A stretch of 64,000 nucleotides of DNA from Amoebidium appalachense (Eukaryota; Protista; Ichthyosporea). Every line of letters starts with the position of its first letter. Positions within the stretch are counted from its first letter, which is position 1. Under the pieces are notes generated by a model, which saw only the letters and a list, made by a program, of their open reading frames with translations, made no database searches and was not told the DNA's origin. The stretch lies in contig CAVNZM010000005.1 in the NCBI GenBank assembly GCA_963693365.1, positions 1,364,001 through 1,428,000 of the forward strand. The letters are read 5' to 3'. The translations under genes were made by a program, and so were the position numbers. Positions 47,238-64,000 of this stretch are shown here, piece after piece.

Positions 47238-49297
47238 CTCTTTTTCCCGTTTAGAGAAGGTTAATGGCAAAAGACCACAAGTGGAGCATATGTGTTTCTT
47301 CCCCTCCCTCTTCCCCCCCCCATCCCCCCCCCCCCCCCCCCCCCCCTTCTTTTTCCCGTTTGGAGTAGGTTAATGGCAAAAGACCACAAGTGGAGCATAT
47401 GTGTTCCTCCGTCCCCCCCCCCCCCCCCCCCCCTTTCTTTTTCCCGTTTAGTGTAGGTTAATGGCAAAAGACCACAAGTGGGGCACATGTATACCCCCCC
47501 CCCCCCCCCCCCCCCCCCCCCTTTTCCGTGCCCCTTAAATCCATGTAGCTTCTGGAGTGTTGTTTACCAAATCTCAAGGTGTTTAGTTATGTATTCACGG
47601 AAAGTAAGGGGACAAAATGATAAGGAAAAGGGAAAAGGGTGTTCGTGCATAGCATCAACCCCCCCCCCCCCCCCCCCCCCCACCCCACCCACCCATCCCC
47701 CATTTTTTTTCTTTGTAGTCTTCTCTCATGTTTTCCATTGAGATTTTGATTGGGGTCCTTCTTTTTGGCCTTTTTTTTTGGGGAGGGGAGGGAGGGGGGG
47801 GGGGGGGAGGCTGGGAGACAGAGAGAGAGGAAGCACGGTGTCCTGCCTTCTTGGTCATCATTATCTTCGTAAGGGTACCACTTTGCCCAGGCTTGATGGA
47901 TGGCTGTATGAGGAATAACCATGAGCCCCCCGAACCCCCCCCCCCCCCTTCTCCCCTCCATACACCTTCTTCCTTTCGTATCCGCCCGCATAAACGGCGA
48001 ACCTGTCTACCAGTGGGCAAGAAATAAAAAATGCCCAAATGCTCAATGCATTATAAACCATATGAAGTTGAAAAACAATTCATGAAGGAAAGCACGAAAA
48101 TCCACCTACCAGTGGGCAACAAATAAAAAAACGTGTTCAACGTTATAAGATTAAAGAGGGTTTCTTTTCGGCCGATTAATAATAGGCCACATTCCAGCAC
48201 ATCCTGGTCAAGCCATCTATATCAAAAAATTTAACTGCAATTTTCTTCATAACACTTGGTTATTCTTCTTCCCTTTTTATTTCTTTTTATTTCTCTTTTC
48301 TTTCTTTTTTTGGTTTTTTTTGTGGCACATCTGTGCCTCGCTGCCGGCAAAACCTTGCCGGTTACCGGGACCGGCTCTGATGCGCAGCAGGCCAATCACA
48401 TAGCTAGAAACCCCTATGACCCAACCCGACAAGGAAGCTAAAAGAAACCCCATTCAAAATAGGACTTATTATGCATGAATGAGAAGCGCAAAAATCTACC
48501 AAACAGTGGGCAGGATTCTAAAATAGAATCTTCATTGACATTAGGATCCATGGAATAGAAAACACAACAATCCACCTGTCAGTATGCAAGGCATGGTTAA
48601 TAAGATAAAAAAATGACATTGGTATTATAATGAACGAAACAGAAATCCAAGCAATGCCCATGCCAGTGCGAACAATTAGAGACGACCAAATATGCTATGA
48701 TATGTGCTCTAACCTATGTGTGTGCCCGGTCCTGCATGAGTGTATGTAGGTGTGTGCTCTTAATTATTGATTTGGTGCGTTAGATGCACTTTCTTGTGAG
48801 CTCAGAAGACTCTAAGGTCAAAAAGAAGACTGTCTATAAAAATCGCCCCGGAAGACTAGGCTAGCAGCCACAATAGAAAATGTGCTTTCACGTTTCTAAC
48901 GCAACGTGGTGCTTGATCGATGTTACTTGCCAAAGAGCGAAAATACAAACAAGTAAGCTTCTCCATAATCGAAAGACTGATTATATGACCACGTGCAGGT
49001 AACTGAGGTGCCTATCAAATAAAAAGGTTACCTTTGGCTGCCTGCACACGCAGGTCCACAGAATGCTCGTTTCCAAGGGCTTGCAGATATGTTTCAAGCT
49101 GTTGTTGCACGCCCAAAAAGAGACCAAAAAAAAAAAAAAAACGGTGTGAGGCCATAGGTCCGGTTCACAACACTCTAGATCTATTTCCAGCATTCACACC
49201 CAAAGGCGATAAGTCTGCCCCCCCCCCCCCCCCCCCCCCCCTCCCCCTCCCCCCCCCCCCCCCTCTCTCTCTCCACACACACACACACACATACACA

Positions 49298-49364
<67 letters not shown>

Positions 49365-49790
49365 AAGACCACCACGACACACACAGCCCCCTCAGGCTCC
49401 CGTGCTGCCGCCTCCTGAATTTCACAAAATCAAAAAAAATAAAGGTTCTGAGAACCACAAAACGAGCTCGGCTAGCTGCTGACTCCTTTTAATAAAGTCC
49501 GGAGATTCATGTTTGATGAAACCTCCCCAAATCACAGCACATAGCCATAACGGATCCTAACCCCTCCCCCCCCCCTCCCCCTCTCCCTCCCTCCCTCCCT
49601 CCCTCCCCCCCTCCTTTCCTCTTCCCGCACTCCCCCCACCCTCTCTTCAACCCCCACCTGCCCACCACATTTCCAGATACCCAACCCATAATCTAACACG
49701 CCTGACACCATAGCATTTTGTTTTACCCAATGTGCAATTAAAACAGGGGCACATCTTGCTTACATGGACCCACCAACCCCTCCCTCCCCC

Positions 49791-49821
<31 letters not shown>

Positions 49822-50054
49822 AAAAAAAAGGAGGGAAGAAAAACTACAAGCTAGTCAAACACACAAGATGATGCCATAGGAGAAAAAGAAGAGGGAAAAA
49901 AAAAAGAAAGAAAAGAAGAAATCCAACTGGCGCGCAAGATCTGTACAACACAAGGCCACAACACCCACAAGCATAGCAGGGCAGTGTCAATGGCGAGCCC
50001 GCCCAGCTCCTGAGTTGTGGGGTGGTGTGTGGGTGTCTGTGTCCGTGTGCATGA

Positions 50055-50129
<75 letters not shown>

Positions 50130-50258
50130 ATCGAAACGGAGAGAGCGGAGGGCAAGGAAAGCATGGCTTTAAAAATCCAAAAGTCTGTTTCAGTCGTACA
50201 AACAAAGTTGCTAGGGGGCATCCATAATTACCCTCGAGGATCCAAGTTGTGACGACAT
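38970..50258 (-). CDS. Unidentified multi-exon protein-coding gene (partial model)
   Basis: Clean GT-AG exons 49098-49032 ([22 protein letters not shown]), 46611-46525, 45838-45717 ([31 protein letters not shown]), ~45030-44960 and 43724-43660. Further candidates at ~47905, ~43230-43100, ~42640-42575 and ~39190-38970. Possible first exon MSSQLGSSR at 50258. Boundaries uncertain and no family recognised. Confidence 0.5.
40265..41470 (+). repeat. ~575-bp tandem duplication of a family C repeat
   Basis: gagtagtaaatatcgac at ~40331 and ~40907. gatcatggcatgaaagagtctc...ccactgatacatatccct is duplicated at ~40643 and ~41213. Confidence 0.88.
42185..42400 (-). repeat. Partial inverted family C repeat
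   Basis: Reverse complement contains agggattcttgattttaaaacgggg..gtagtag and the gacccacc/ggtgggtc hairpin motifs. Confidence 0.5.
47157..47530. repeat. Four-unit minisatellite: constant ~60 bp plus variable poly-C spacer
   Basis: ggttaatggcaaaagaccacaagtggagcatatgtgtt at 47157, 47259, 47368 and 47456, each followed by a C-run and ttttcccgttt. Confidence 0.88.
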
Positions 50259-51033
50259 GGTGTGGTTTGTCGTAGCAGCATAACAAGGGTTAAGGTTACT
50301 AGTTGCGAGGCTCTGATTTAATTTCGGGCAAAGCTTGAAACTTGCATTCATACGCAAAATAGAAGCATGGTTAATACAAGGGGGAAAAGCTCTTCAAGAT
50401 GTCGGGGTTTGGACCATGTTGAAGCAGCTCTCAATCTTCTCTGGCAGCTGCTGCTGGCAGCCTTTTCTGGGTCTTTTCTGTTGCGAGCCTCCGTTGTTGG
50501 CGCCAAAATTTCAAACAAGAATAAAGATTGGTCAATAAATGTAGCTACTACCAAATATGGCAAAGACTGAGCCAGCCGGGACCCGGGCCCAGCCGGGGCC
50601 GCCGCCCCTGAGCCAGCCGGCCAGGGCCTGGCTGGCAGCGCTGGCCCAGTACAAATAGCTATAACAAGCAAAATAAAAGGGGCCAAAAAAGACTATTATC
50701 GACTAGAGAGGGCTCTTTCGTTTTTCCATATGTGCGCGAAAATGTAAAACTGCGACCAGTAGGCCGGGTAGTACTGCATGGGCCTACCTACTTAAAGAAA
50801 CACGGCGAACACATATTATGATATGTAGCCAATTGCAGTGCTATTACTATTTATAGTAGGTTCTGCCTGACAACAATTTTCACAGTTGAGTCTTCGCTTC
50901 AAAAAAAAAAAAAAAGTAAAAAAGTATTGGCCTTTCAGTTTTCTGTTATTCATCTTGCGGAAGATCTAGAAGAGTGAAGCCTGAAAAAGGGAGAAAAAGG
51001 AATAGGAGAGCCGAGCAGGCGCCAAGCGTGATA
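50259..51033. promoter_or_regulatory. Probable bidirectional promoter between the unidentified (-) gene and GGA
   Basis: Microsatellite-free ~775 bp between divergent putative start codons. GC-rich core at 50570-50650 with gagccagccgg twice. Confidence 0.4.
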
Positions 51034-63908
<12,875 letters not shown>

Positions 63909-64000
63909 GTATGTATCTGCTCTTGTTGCTCTGAGTGTTCGCCTTGCATATTCCCCCCCTCCCCCCTCCCCCCTCCCCCCCCCCCCCCCCCCCCCCCCCC

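Noticed and set aside
47157-47530. CRISPR-like repeat-spacer array
   Set aside because: The spacers are just poly-C of variable length, the context is a eukaryotic intron and there are no cas genes.

Overview
Intron-rich, microsatellite- and homopolymer-saturated eukaryotic DNA. A GGA adaptor with an animal-like hinge points to an opisthokont, probably a unicellular holozoan, but this is inference. Most ORF-track entries are translations of (CA)n/(CT)n/poly-C/G repeats. Spliced genes I could reconstruct by hand: a 7TM protein fused to a DUF4395-like CxxC membrane domain (-), ECHDC3-like enoyl-CoA hydratase (+), a divergent SET-domain protein (+), an unidentified multi-exon gene (-) and a 16+-exon GGA (+, runs off the window). 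There is also an intronless DPBB/RlpA (Streptomyces papain-inhibitor/expansin-like) mucin-stalk protein (-). Mobile DNA: an intact ~4.9-kb APE-RT LINE with a 10-bp TSD that ends in a short C-run about 200 nt past an internal poly(A), two 5'-truncated copies broken at the same site, a 3'-anchored poly(C)-associated short repeat family found only sense-oriented in introns, a foldback/MITE-like element and several tandem duplications. The best candidates for something new are C-ended retroelements whose 3' UTR carries the genome's dominant simple repeats, (CA)n-CAG splice acceptors with G/GT-versus-C/CA intron polarity, and the 7TM-DUF4395 fusion. All coordinates and splice models were read by eye and family assignments are from remembered motifs, not searches.
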